Virus record (IMG/VR): IMGVR_UViG_3300028045_000024
Location: 1 to 50,563 of that record
Length of the DNA: 50,563 nucleotides
Strand: one strand, 5' to 3'
DNA from: a virus
Lineage: Duplodnaviria > Caudoviricetes
The notes under the pieces are model-generated. The model was given only the letters and a program-made list of their open reading frames with translations, ran no database searches and was not told where the DNA came from. The number at the start of each line of letters is the position of its first letter. The first letter of the stretch is position 1. Made by a program: the position numbers and the translations under genes. Positions 17,080-26,461 of this stretch are shown here, one piece after another.

Positions 17080-18119
17080 TAGCTAACCTCGAATTTCAAT
17101 AGCACTGTATCACCGCTCGACCATGCACCGCCCGCTGGTTTTGTCGGTGCTGTAGCCGTGGCGTATGTCGCCGCACCAGCCACTACGCTCGACCCTGTGG
17201 TATAGGTCGCGCCCTCACCAACGGCTGCCTCGATGCTGATACCCACGCCATCAGCATATCCGTGGGCGGTTACTCCATATATATTGGGAGTCACGCCCAA
17301 TTGTGTCCCGAGATTATTTACGTTCAGAACCACGTTGTCACCGCTGGCAGGGGTGCCGTCCGTAACTGTCGTGGCAGTGTTCAAGGGGCTGGCCAGTTCT
17401 GTGGTCTGCGCGGTTCCTCCGCTCGCTGGACTCCAAGAGCCGACCTCTGACACATCGGCTGTAGGTGATACCCTCGTCACAAATCGGCTAGTAGACCCTG
17501 GGTCTGCCATGTCATCATAGTGGACCAGTCCGGACCAGAACGTTCCATCCGCCAACCCAGCATTGATCACTCCGGATATCTGAAAATAACAACTTGTCTG
17601 GGCTACCCCGCCGGTGTCTGTCCAGTCCGAAGTAACAGCTACACCGTTCATCCACAGCTGACCGCTCCAGGTGGTTCCGCTCATATCGTACTTTATACCT
17701 ATGCTATGCCATGTTTGGCTAGGGAACACTTGGGTGGTCTGCTCTCTAAAAAAATTGTTAACGTAGAGGTTTAGTGTATTTCCCCCGGCACCCTGCGCAT
17801 AAATTCCTCTGCCGTTGCTTGTAGCGGTGACTTGAAAAAAATTATATCCCCAAAGTGGGCTGGCATTATTTAGGTACCAGTGGCTAGATAGCCATCCCTG
17901 TGGCGCCCCAATACCTAAAGGCGTTCTGGCCAACGAGCTGCCTCTCATGTTTAGTGAATAGCGCGTTGGGCTGCCCGCGTAGGTGAACTCTGGAGCCACT
18001 CCTCCAGATGCAGATGGCGCAATATTGTTAGCTGATGTGCTGCTTAAGTCCCACCCTGAACTATTTTCAAGCACTAACGCGATTTCCGGGCCCCACGCCC
18101 AAGACCATTTCAGACCCAT
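17079..18119 (-). CDS. Virion tail-associated protein (lectin/concanavalin-like beta sandwich likely)
   Basis: GGAGG RBS before ATG 18119; Gly/Thr/Ser-rich; LamG-like segment WHSIGIKYD..G..W..LWMNG. Confidence 0.7.
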   Translation of the reverse strand: MGLKWSWAWGPEIALVLENSSGWDLSSTSANNIAPSASGGVAPEFTYAGSPTRYSLNMRGSSLARTPLGIGAPQGWLSSHWYLNNASPLWGYNFFQVTATSNGRGIYAQGAGGNTLNLYVNNFFREQTTQVFPSQTWHSIGIKYDMSGTTWSGQLWMNGVAVTSDWTDTGGVAQTSCYFQISGVINAGLADGTFWSGLVHYDDMADPGSTSRFVTRVSPTADVSEVGSWSPASGGTAQTTELASPLNTATTVTDGTPASGDNVVLNVNNLGTQLGVTPNIYGVTAHGYADGVGISIEAAVGEGATYTTGSSVVAGAATYATATAPTKPAGGAWSSGDTVLLKFEVS

Positions 18120-18120
18120 A

Positions 18121-18354
18121 TTAACCTCCAAACGTGCCTGGATATAGCACATTAATCTCGGCTTCGGTTTTCTCTTCCCAATCACTGGGGGCGACCATGC
18201 CCTCGGGTGCAACAATGACGAACAAGAGACTGTCTTTGTCACAGTGTGGTGAACGCATACCCGGAACGGTGAACACAGTCATCGTACCGTCCACATCTGT
18301 GGCCGGGTCATACTGCCCATCAGTCTCCACGCCTGGTGTCAAATAAATAGCCAT
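18121..18354 (-). CDS. Hypothetical virion-region protein
   Basis: TAATG coupling; RBS present. Confidence 0.75.
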   Translation of the reverse strand: MAIYLTPGVETDGQYDPATDVDGTMTVFTVPGMRSPHCDKDSLLFVIVAPEGMVAPSDWEEKTEAEINVLYPGTFGG

Positions 18355-18869
18355 TAGCCGTGCCTCACGAAGGTTACGGACGCAACGGTGTTTGTTCCGT
18401 CAGTCCAGATGATGGCGCTTGCAAAAATACCACTGATGTCCGTGATTCGTGTGGAGAACCTCCGTGGTTGGTTTGCGTTGGCCGTTCCATTAACCGTATC
18501 TAGTGGGATTTTAACAATGTACTCTTGTACGCTACTTATGCCCGTTGCGGTGTCGATGTTATCCACCAGTACGAACCCCCAGTGGAGGGGATTAGTTACA
18601 TCCGGAGAGTCTTTGTCGGAAAACCGAAACTTTAAGTACAAGTTTGCTGCTCCCGCGTTTGTCGCAACATCGACAAATACGTCCAGGTTTTTTACCCCAC
18701 GAACTGTGGCCGACGCGGTTTGACAACCGGCCGTGCCCTCTGCTGTTATAATTCCTGCCGCCTCTGGGTTGGCGATGTTTGGGATGGCAGACCCTACTGG
18801 AAGAACCACAACAGAGTCGTTGTCTCCAAGTCGGTATATGCGATTCCCTCGAGCGGTTGATGATGCCAT
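18354..18869 (-). CDS. Hypothetical structural protein
   Basis: GAGG RBS; beta-rich composition; within the late operon. Confidence 0.75.
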   Translation of the reverse strand: MASSTARGNRIYRLGDNDSVVVLPVGSAIPNIANPEAAGIITAEGTAGCQTASATVRGVKNLDVFVDVATNAGAANLYLKFRFSDKDSPDVTNPLHWGFVLVDNIDTATGISSVQEYIVKIPLDTVNGTANANQPRRFSTRITDISGIFASAIIWTDGTNTVASVTFVRHG

Positions 18870-18872
18870 TCC

Positions 18873-19283
18873 TCACCCCAAGTGAAAGTGGATTACATTT
18901 TTGTCGATAACTGTGCCCACGCGCCTCTTGTACCACATTGTTCCGTTCGATGGAATCTCAAAAACATGCTTGCCATCTTTCCCAAGGAAAACTGGGGTGT
19001 GCGTTGGGGTCTCCTCGGTTGAAAGCCTGGTTGTCACCCGCCATGGCTGAATCCATAATGCCCGTCCGGCGGCCGCTCCCGTCCTCGCCAGAAACAGTGC
19101 GGATTCTCGGTGCTCAACTTTTGTGGCATCGGCCTTGGCCACAACCAGAACGTCTCCGGTATACCCAGAAACAACTACAATGTCGTTTTCCTCGATATCC
19201 TCGTCCTGGTAGGCGACGGCCCTGATTGTTTCGTATGGGTTTTGGTCTTTAATGGGGATTACCCCTGGTGCTATTCTTGCCAT
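18873..19283 (-). CDS. Hypothetical structural protein (decoration/cement-like)
   Basis: AGGAG RBS; contains DIVVV.G....VVAKADAT. Confidence 0.65.
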   Translation of the reverse strand: MARIAPGVIPIKDQNPYETIRAVAYQDEDIEENDIVVVSGYTGDVLVVAKADATKVEHRESALFLARTGAAAGRALWIQPWRVTTRLSTEETPTHTPVFLGKDGKHVFEIPSNGTMWYKRRVGTVIDKNVIHFHLG

Positions 19284-19296
19284 TGTTCTTCTCCTG

Positions 19297-22200
19297 TTAT
19301 CTGTTTCTGAAATCTTCTTCTGCCAAAGCTGCTTTTGCTGAGCGTATCGCGTTCTGTAATTCAGCCTTCCGCTCCTTAATAGGGTACTTCAATTCGCGCT
19401 CCGGCGCCTTGGGCCGAGGGGCGATCCCCATCAGTTTCGTCATCATATACGCCATACCAGGGCCATATCCCTTCACCCAGTTGGGGTTGTCAACAGCCGC
19501 GTAATATTGCGGGAGTTGGGTCCCCACGATGGGCATCGAGCGCATAAGGATGACGAAAGACCTCGCCTCCCCGTCAACGTAGGGTCGCCCGTTCTCATCT
19601 CTGCGGACGCCACCAAACATGAGTTTACTGGCAAGGGTGTCTGCCTCGTGCGGCCGGAGATAGGTTCTTCCGCCACCGACATACTGCGTGCCCCCACTAA
19701 AGTTCTTAAGGGCAATCTCTGTCATTGCGCTTAAGCCCGGGGTCATTGCGGAGGTTAGTGGGTCTATTACAAGCGCCGAGGTGGCGTCAGATGTCATCTG
19801 CTGGCCTGTAGGTGATGGCAGTCCAGCCATTTCAGGGACGCCCATCCCCATCATGTACGCCCACATTCCTGCGCCGAGCCACTGGTTGGCCATATCCAGG
19901 GGGGTGAACGGAGGGACTAGGATGTCTTGGTATGTGAAGTCGTAGCCCCGTTTCTTGTACCACTCTCTGACCTTGGGGTCCATAATGGGCATCGAGTAGG
20001 CAGTTGCCCGAGATGCTTGCCACCAGAACGGGATGTCCCGGTTCATGGCGTCCCTTGCCTCTTCATAGGTTTTAGCCTGGCCCTCTTCGCCTGCGCCCTC
20101 CAAGTGGTACGCAGCAGCCGGGATCGTGTCCAACCCCTGCTCCATCTCGCGGATACGCCCCAAAGTCCGGGCGCCCTTTCCTCGGCTAGGAAGTGGGAGG
20201 CCCATAACTCGGCGGCCTGTCATCCCGTCTCTGGTGGAGAGCAGCATGTTTCTGAATAGTTGCTCGGATGCCAGCCGTTGGAATCTCCAGAATGTGAATA
20301 TCTGGGCGAGGACGTTCACCTCTGTCTTCCCCAGCGGCTTCTTCCAGTCGTAAAGCGCATTCATCATCCCACGCTTTGCGTCAGTTCTGGACCCCCCGCG
20401 GTTAAGCAGCTCCATGTAAAGCCCTGCTCTCTGCCTCTGCTGGACAAACGTGGCATGCTTCTGTATCGCCTCATTCACCTTCTTCGCGCTCTTTGCGCCA
20501 GGGAACTTAGAATTGGGCAGGAACTCCCAGAGGCCCTTGTGAGCGTCTCTAAGCCCCTCGAGGAGGGTCTCTTGGACAAACGTATCCATGACCCCGTCTT
20601 CCGCCATCATTCGGCGAACAGTTCCGACAGTGTAAGAGCGCCCGTCTTTTAGCTTGATTACATCGTCAGCGGAGCCGCTCCAGATCTTACTAAGATTCGG
20701 GTTGAATAGTGCATTCATCGCAGTTCCGAGAACAGGAACTCCCTCAAGTGATGCCGATGCCTTGAACATTGCGTCCTGCATGGGGCGACCTATGAAGGGG
20801 AGGTTTGCCGGAAGGTTCTGAAAGCTGAGCTTCGCTGCCGTATGGAGACCTTCCTCCCAGAATATCTGAGAGAAGTCGCCCACGATGTTGTTGACCCAGT
20901 ATCTAGGGTTTGGGAAAAGAAGGCCGGTGGTAATTGACGCCCGGAAGTAGCCCAGGATTGTCTTGAGCTGAAGAATGGCCCGGGCCAGAGGACCTGCGGG
21001 GTCCTTGTTCTGCTGGACTTCCAGGCTCTTGACAATGCGTCCCGAGAGCCTCTCTAGGTCGTCCATGAGCTTTTGGGGCACAAACCCACTGTGCCCCGAG
21101 CCGTCTTCCGAAAGCCTCACCAGCTGGGCCGTGACTTCTCCCACGTCATCAATGTCCTTTTTGATGGCCCTTGTTGTTGTGGCGAGACCGAGTTCGACCA
21201 ACTTATTCAGCGCAGCTGCGGCAGCCTTTCCTCCTCCAACTCCCTTGAAGTCGCCAACCAAGATTTTATTCATGTTGTCAACAAGCTCGTCAGACATCGA
21301 CCCAAAGGTGTTTACTGCGACACGAGACGCCTCGTCCATTACAACGCCGTTTACCACGGCTTCCTTAAAGAAGGTGTATGCGCCATCATCTCCAGCGACC
21401 TTGACGTCCTTCCCGCTTTGGTCAAGGATCCTCTTGGTGCCCGATTTCATGGCATTCATGAAGGCTTCGATGCTTTCGGCATCCATCTTGCCTTCTCTCA
21501 TCAGATCGGAGAGTGTATTCATAGCCACATGCGCCAAGGCCCCAGCTTGTTGGGGGCTGATCTTTTCGCTGCTTGGGAGATATAGCCTGGAGAGGGCCAG
21601 AAGCGTCTTGTTGAACTTCTCCTGGGCTTCCTCTATCGTTGACGGCTCAACAAATTTGGGCATCTCCATCTTGGGGCGCTTTGACGCCGCGCTTGTGATG
21701 AGCCTGTCGGATGCATCGGCCACGCGAGCCAGGTAGGAGTCCTTGATGCCAACCTTGTCCAGTCCCATGAATATATTCATGACCTTCATGAACTTAGACC
21801 ACAGGCTCTCTGGTCGCCCTTTGATTTCGTCTGGTGACTTGATCTTCTTCATGATTGTCTGAAAAACAGGGCTTGTGAGCGTGTATGTAATCAACTCGTA
21901 TGGACCCGCGGCGGTGCCCAGGACCTGGGAGTTCCAGCTCTTTAGTATTGCGATCTCCTCGTCTGTAAGGTCTGCGCCATACTTTGCAAGCAGGGCGTCG
22001 TCACCGATTGCCCTCGTTAGGAATTTCGTTAAGTCATCAATCTCAGATGCCGCCTGCTTCGCTTCGTCAGACATCTTGACAACCCGGCGGCCCTCCCTGG
22101 AGAAGGGAAGGTAGTCCATCATCTTCTGGACCGTCGCAGTGTGAAGAAGCTCGTGAACGATTGTCACAGGATTTGTGCCGCCAAGGCCGAGTTCATCCAG

Positions 22201-25200
22201 GCCGTCCATGTTCCGCAGCCAAATCCCCATCGGGCGCACTTCATTATTTCTCGGGTTGATTTGGTACTTATAGTACCCCCGCACCCCGTCATCGAACGCA
22301 TCAGAGGACGCAGCAACCATAGGCATGTCTTTGGGAATGTAGTCCCTGATGTGGATCAAGATGGCTGCATCCTGCCTGGTGAAGCCCTTCACACCGTTCT
22401 TGGTGACAAGGTCGATGAAGTCCCTTGCATTATTGCCCACACTTGCCAACTTCTCCTCAATGTCTGCCGTGGCCTCTTTCTTCTGGGCCAATGTCATCTT
22501 TTTATTAAAGCTATCGTCAATTCCAGACTTAAGGTCAGATGCCCTGGTTTCTAGCTTAGATACTGTTGACTGGTTAGACATCGCCTGACGGGCCGCTTGC
22601 TCGAAGAGGCTGACGGGGGCTGTGTTCATGAAGGTCTCTGGGAAGTTCCCTCCCTTCACCTCCATCGCCTTGGTGCCGCCCAGATATTCTCTGAGTCGTT
22701 CAATCAGTTTTCCGCCCTTATATCCCCTGGTCACCAGAGATATGTCCTGGTTGAGCGAGCCGTTAATCTCTAGGGCTGTTTTGTATGCGTCCAGAACCCT
22801 TCCAGAGTATCCGGCTGCCGAGGCGCCTTGTCCGACTCCGCGCAAGTACTTGCCGACATCTAGCCCGATGGCGTTCCGCAGACTGTCCTTCAGGTCGTAA
22901 ACAAAGCTCCTAATGGGATAGTCTTTCGTAAACTCCTTATGGAAGAGGGTTCTATTCTTAAGCCCTGTTCTGTACACGGAGCGCATCTGGTTCATTAGGG
23001 ACCGGCCGAGTTCTTCGCCGCTCGTCAGAAGGGTGTCCGATCTCTGCTCAAGCTCCATAATCCCTTTGTCAAGGATCTCGAAGTCGTTTTGAGACAGGGT
23101 TCTGGGTGCTCCCGTTATCAGCTCCTCGAACGCCTTTGTCGTGATAGTGCCCTGGTTTTGTGCCTCGTCAAAGAATCGGGTGACCACATCTGCACCGTAG
23201 ATTTCATCCAGGTTCTTGCGCACCACGTCGCCCAGGAGCTGGTTTCCGCCATCGGCTGCCTTCAGGGCGCCTTTCAATGGGTTTATCTTGCCTGTGTAGA
23301 CTGATTGATTCAGCACTTTGGGCTTTATCGAATCTATGCTCCTATCGAACTCTTTCGCAAGAGCCAGGACGTTGTTGCCCATCAGTAGGCTTGAGCCGTC
23401 TTCCGCCACCTTGAGTGCTCCGGCTGCTGCTGCCGTTTCGTCTGCATTCTTGCGCAGTGCAGCGTTCATTGCCCTTATTTCTTCGGCAGTTGCGCCAGAC
23501 TTCTTCATTAAAATCGCAAGGTCAGAGCTTGCCTTCACATACTTGTCGTATGTCATAAGGAAGCCCTTCGCTCCAATAGCATTGGCCAGCTCCGCTTCAA
23601 GAGACATCTTGCTCTCGTCAGCCACGCTCAGTATCTTCGAGCCAAGAGAGGGCTGATTGTACCCCTCAACCTGGATAGCCCTGCCTCCGCCTACCGGAGC
23701 GCCTTTCACGGAGGTCTCGCCCAGTAGTTCGACCGGGCGCGCGTCAACGGACGGGGTCTTGCCGAACTGAATGACTTCATATACTTCTAGCTTTTTTGTG
23801 GCCGGATTTATGTTTCTAAGGACAAGTTTGTCGCCCTCGATGGATGCCACTCCGCCTGAACGAGCAGACTCTTGCCAGCCTCTAAACTGCTTTATCCCAT
23901 ACTCTCCGAGAAAGACGGTCTTCCCTGAAAGCACCCTGGGCTTCTTTGCTTCGGGGAGTTCTCCTTCTCTCCAGGTAACGGATGGCATCTGGGCGTCTTG
24001 GTTTTTCTGTTCCGCGAGGCGGTCACCGACCATGCGGTAAGACTTTCCGTCAGTGGTTTGGAACACCCTGCTGCTTGTTGAGCCAAATCCTGTGTGGATC
24101 TCATTGTGTATTCTTGCAAGATCTCTGCGGTTAAGGAGGTAGCTCTTTAGGTCAGATTTTTTTGGGAAAGCAACCATCAGCGCGGTGGTCACATCCCTTG
24201 GCGCGATATCGTTTTTTTCAAAGTTCTTGTACAGGAACCGAGACCCTCTCTTGAAAAACTCCTGCTGACCGACCGTTCCCATGCTGGAGAACCACGCCTC
24301 TACCTTCTCAAGTGCCCGGATTTTTTCCGTGTACTGCGCAGCGGCAATGGCGACAGGAGACCCCGAACGGGCAGGTCTTCCGGCAACAGCCCTGCCTAGT
24401 GATTTTCTTACCAGATCTGCCTGCTGGGCTTGTAGTTTTTTCCGCTTCTTTTGCAGATTGAAGAGCTGTGTCCTTCTCGCGTCCAGCTCTTTCGCAACAG
24501 GCCTAAGCCTCTTTGCTATATCAATAAGGTTTGTTGCGCCCCCGATAATATCGTTTCTGTAAAGGCCGTTCCTTATCTTCCAGGTCTCCGCATAGGCCTT
24601 TTCTGCCACCAGCTTGGCCTCTGATTCCTTAAGGTCAAGCTCCGCCTTTCTAAGGGCCGCCTTCTCCCTCTTCGCGCCCAGGGTATCCCCCGCTTTCTTT
24701 AGCCTATCGCGAGTCTTTCTGAGACCCTCGGCCTCCTTCTTTAGGGCAGATTCTCTCTTCGCAAACGCCCGTCCTATGTTCTCTGTGGAGGCTATCCCCT
24801 CATTGACATGGAGGCGCTCCCTGAAGACCTCGTACAGGTCCCTGTCCTGCACTTCCACTTCCTTAAGCCACCTCTCGTACCCGCCGTTCTGGATTTCCTC
24901 GGGGGTCATTTTGGCCAGCTTCTTCACCAACTTCTGCGCTGACGTGAGCCTGGCTGTCTGAAGCGCGCCGGAAGAGAGCTTGAGTCCCTTTCCGATAGCC
25001 TTTGCTCCCTTTCCTATTGGACCAAGGAGCAGCGTTGGGTCCGGGTCAATCAGGATAAGGCCCAACATTGGACCAAGGGCTGCCAGTGTCTCGAATGTCG
25101 CGTCTGGAACCGGGAACTCTGCTTTCCCAGCAAGACGGGCCTTCTTGTTCATTGCCGCAAGAGACTCGCTTTCTAGGAACTTTGGGGTCATGATCTTCCC

Positions 25201-26460
25201 GATGTTCCCAAAGTCATCAGTAATGTCATACCCGCGACGAATAAGCTCTATGTGCTCTGGAGTGTTCCAGCCACCCGCATGGATTGCCGCTCCAACAGAT
25301 GTGCCAAGGGAGAGGGAGCCTATGTAGTCAAGGATCCCCTGGTCCTCGATTGTCGTTCGCACATTATTGAACGAGGCGTCTACGGGCGATGCCCCAGCTA
25401 CAGTGGCTCGTATGGGTCCCATGATCGCAGCGAGCGCCCCACCGACAAGAGGAACGTCCCCGAGATACCAGGGGTTCGTTCTTATATCCTCTGTCTTCTG
25501 CTCCGGGTCTGCATCGACAAAGTATACACCAAGGTTCTTTTGCATAATTGTAGAGACTTTCTGGCGAGCCTCTGCCTCAGCCTCTTCGTAGAACTTGTCC
25601 CTTGCTTCTGGCGGGGCAGAACCCCCTGCCTGGGCGAGTTTATTCCTGTAATACAAATCTGCAAGCTTGCTGCGGGCACCGTAAATGTCAAAGGCATGAG
25701 TGCCGTCCGATGTTCTATATAGGGGGAGGTTGACCATATCGAGCTGCGGGTCCATAAATGCAGTCATCAGGTCGTCATCAAGGTCCATGCCCAGAAGTAC
25801 TGCTTCGGGCGAGCCAAACTTACTGGTCCCCAGGGCTTTTCTTTGCCTGCGCTGGATGTCCTGCTCGCCAGAAAGCCTTTCGGAAGAAACGGTCTGGATG
25901 TTTCCAGCCTCATCCCTGTAACTGCCCCCAATTAAAAAGGACTGTTGTCCCACGTTGGGCCTTGGCGTCACTGCCTCAAGTTTCTTGTTCTGATAGTCCT
26001 CTATTTGCCAGAACACATCCGCGGCCCTGTCCTCCGAGACCGGTATCCCGTGTCTTTTCTGGATTTCTATCGCTGCGATCTTCCGCGCTAGAGGGTTGTT
26101 TCTGACAGACTCGTCTGTCCTCAACTTCTCAAAGAGAAGCTCATACTGCATCGGAGAGCTGGGGTCGTGCCCAAGTTCGGTTGATAACCTATCCAGGGCG
26201 GCGTCCTGCTCGTGGGCCTTTGCGGCCGCCGCCTGCATGGCCATATGCCGCCGCATCGCGGTCTCCATCAAGGGCGCAGGCGCCTTTAACTTCCTGTCTG
26301 CATCAGTCTCACCGGGGAGAATGTACGGGCGCTCGTACTGCTTTTCTGTGAACGATTCCTTAGCCCCGATGGGCAGCTTTGCTAGCTCCCCGCTCGATAC
26401 CGCAGGGGTAAAGCTCTCTGGCTTTATCTTCAGCTCCACCGAATCATCGGGCGTCGGCAT
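19297..26460 (-). CDS. Very large (2387 aa) internal virion/ejection protein with an embedded HEXXH zincin-like domain
   Basis: Located after the smaller ejection-type genes; helical, Ala/Lys-rich; TIVHELLHTAT followed by YELITY; GGAG RBS before 26460. Confidence 0.82.
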   Translation of the reverse strand: MPTPDDSVELKIKPESFTPAVSSGELAKLPIGAKESFTEKQYERPYILPGETDADRKLKAPAPLMETAMRRHMAMQAAAAKAHEQDAALDRLSTELGHDPSSPMQYELLFEKLRTDESVRNNPLARKIAAIEIQKRHGIPVSEDRAADVFWQIEDYQNKKLEAVTPRPNVGQQSFLIGGSYRDEAGNIQTVSSERLSGEQDIQRRQRKALGTSKFGSPEAVLLGMDLDDDLMTAFMDPQLDMVNLPLYRTSDGTHAFDIYGARSKLADLYYRNKLAQAGGSAPPEARDKFYEEAEAEARQKVSTIMQKNLGVYFVDADPEQKTEDIRTNPWYLGDVPLVGGALAAIMGPIRATVAGASPVDASFNNVRTTIEDQGILDYIGSLSLGTSVGAAIHAGGWNTPEHIELIRRGYDITDDFGNIGKIMTPKFLESESLAAMNKKARLAGKAEFPVPDATFETLAALGPMLGLILIDPDPTLLLGPIGKGAKAIGKGLKLSSGALQTARLTSAQKLVKKLAKMTPEEIQNGGYERWLKEVEVQDRDLYEVFRERLHVNEGIASTENIGRAFAKRESALKKEAEGLRKTRDRLKKAGDTLGAKREKAALRKAELDLKESEAKLVAEKAYAETWKIRNGLYRNDIIGGATNLIDIAKRLRPVAKELDARRTQLFNLQKKRKKLQAQQADLVRKSLGRAVAGRPARSGSPVAIAAAQYTEKIRALEKVEAWFSSMGTVGQQEFFKRGSRFLYKNFEKNDIAPRDVTTALMVAFPKKSDLKSYLLNRRDLARIHNEIHTGFGSTSSRVFQTTDGKSYRMVGDRLAEQKNQDAQMPSVTWREGELPEAKKPRVLSGKTVFLGEYGIKQFRGWQESARSGGVASIEGDKLVLRNINPATKKLEVYEVIQFGKTPSVDARPVELLGETSVKGAPVGGGRAIQVEGYNQPSLGSKILSVADESKMSLEAELANAIGAKGFLMTYDKYVKASSDLAILMKKSGATAEEIRAMNAALRKNADETAAAAGALKVAEDGSSLLMGNNVLALAKEFDRSIDSIKPKVLNQSVYTGKINPLKGALKAADGGNQLLGDVVRKNLDEIYGADVVTRFFDEAQNQGTITTKAFEELITGAPRTLSQNDFEILDKGIMELEQRSDTLLTSGEELGRSLMNQMRSVYRTGLKNRTLFHKEFTKDYPIRSFVYDLKDSLRNAIGLDVGKYLRGVGQGASAAGYSGRVLDAYKTALEINGSLNQDISLVTRGYKGGKLIERLREYLGGTKAMEVKGGNFPETFMNTAPVSLFEQAARQAMSNQSTVSKLETRASDLKSGIDDSFNKKMTLAQKKEATADIEEKLASVGNNARDFIDLVTKNGVKGFTRQDAAILIHIRDYIPKDMPMVAASSDAFDDGVRGYYKYQINPRNNEVRPMGIWLRNMDGLDELGLGGTNPVTIVHELLHTATVQKMMDYLPFSREGRRVVKMSDEAKQAASEIDDLTKFLTRAIGDDALLAKYGADLTDEEIAILKSWNSQVLGTAAGPYELITYTLTSPVFQTIMKKIKSPDEIKGRPESLWSKFMKVMNIFMGLDKVGIKDSYLARVADASDRLITSAASKRPKMEMPKFVEPSTIEEAQEKFNKTLLALSRLYLPSSEKISPQQAGALAHVAMNTLSDLMREGKMDAESIEAFMNAMKSGTKRILDQSGKDVKVAGDDGAYTFFKEAVVNGVVMDEASRVAVNTFGSMSDELVDNMNKILVGDFKGVGGGKAAAAALNKLVELGLATTTRAIKKDIDDVGEVTAQLVRLSEDGSGHSGFVPQKLMDDLERLSGRIVKSLEVQQNKDPAGPLARAILQLKTILGYFRASITTGLLFPNPRYWVNNIVGDFSQIFWEEGLHTAAKLSFQNLPANLPFIGRPMQDAMFKASASLEGVPVLGTAMNALFNPNLSKIWSGSADDVIKLKDGRSYTVGTVRRMMAEDGVMDTFVQETLLEGLRDAHKGLWEFLPNSKFPGAKSAKKVNEAIQKHATFVQQRQRAGLYMELLNRGGSRTDAKRGMMNALYDWKKPLGKTEVNVLAQIFTFWRFQRLASEQLFRNMLLSTRDGMTGRRVMGLPLPSRGKGARTLGRIREMEQGLDTIPAAAYHLEGAGEEGQAKTYEEARDAMNRDIPFWWQASRATAYSMPIMDPKVREWYKKRGYDFTYQDILVPPFTPLDMANQWLGAGMWAYMMGMGVPEMAGLPSPTGQQMTSDATSALVIDPLTSAMTPGLSAMTEIALKNFSGGTQYVGGGRTYLRPHEADTLASKLMFGGVRRDENGRPYVDGEARSFVILMRSMPIVGTQLPQYYAAVDNPNWVKGYGPGMAYMMTKLMGIAPRPKAPERELKYPIKERKAELQNAIRSAKAALAEEDFRNR

Positions 26461-26461
26461 C

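Noticed and set aside
14453-18119. Diversity-generating retroelement or invertible tail-fibre system
   Set aside because: I found no reverse transcriptase, invertase or template/variable repeat pair.
20975-21736. 253-aa + strand ORF and similar antisense ORFs across the late operon
   Set aside because: These Ser-rich antisense frames are expected from the codon bias of the minus-strand genes.
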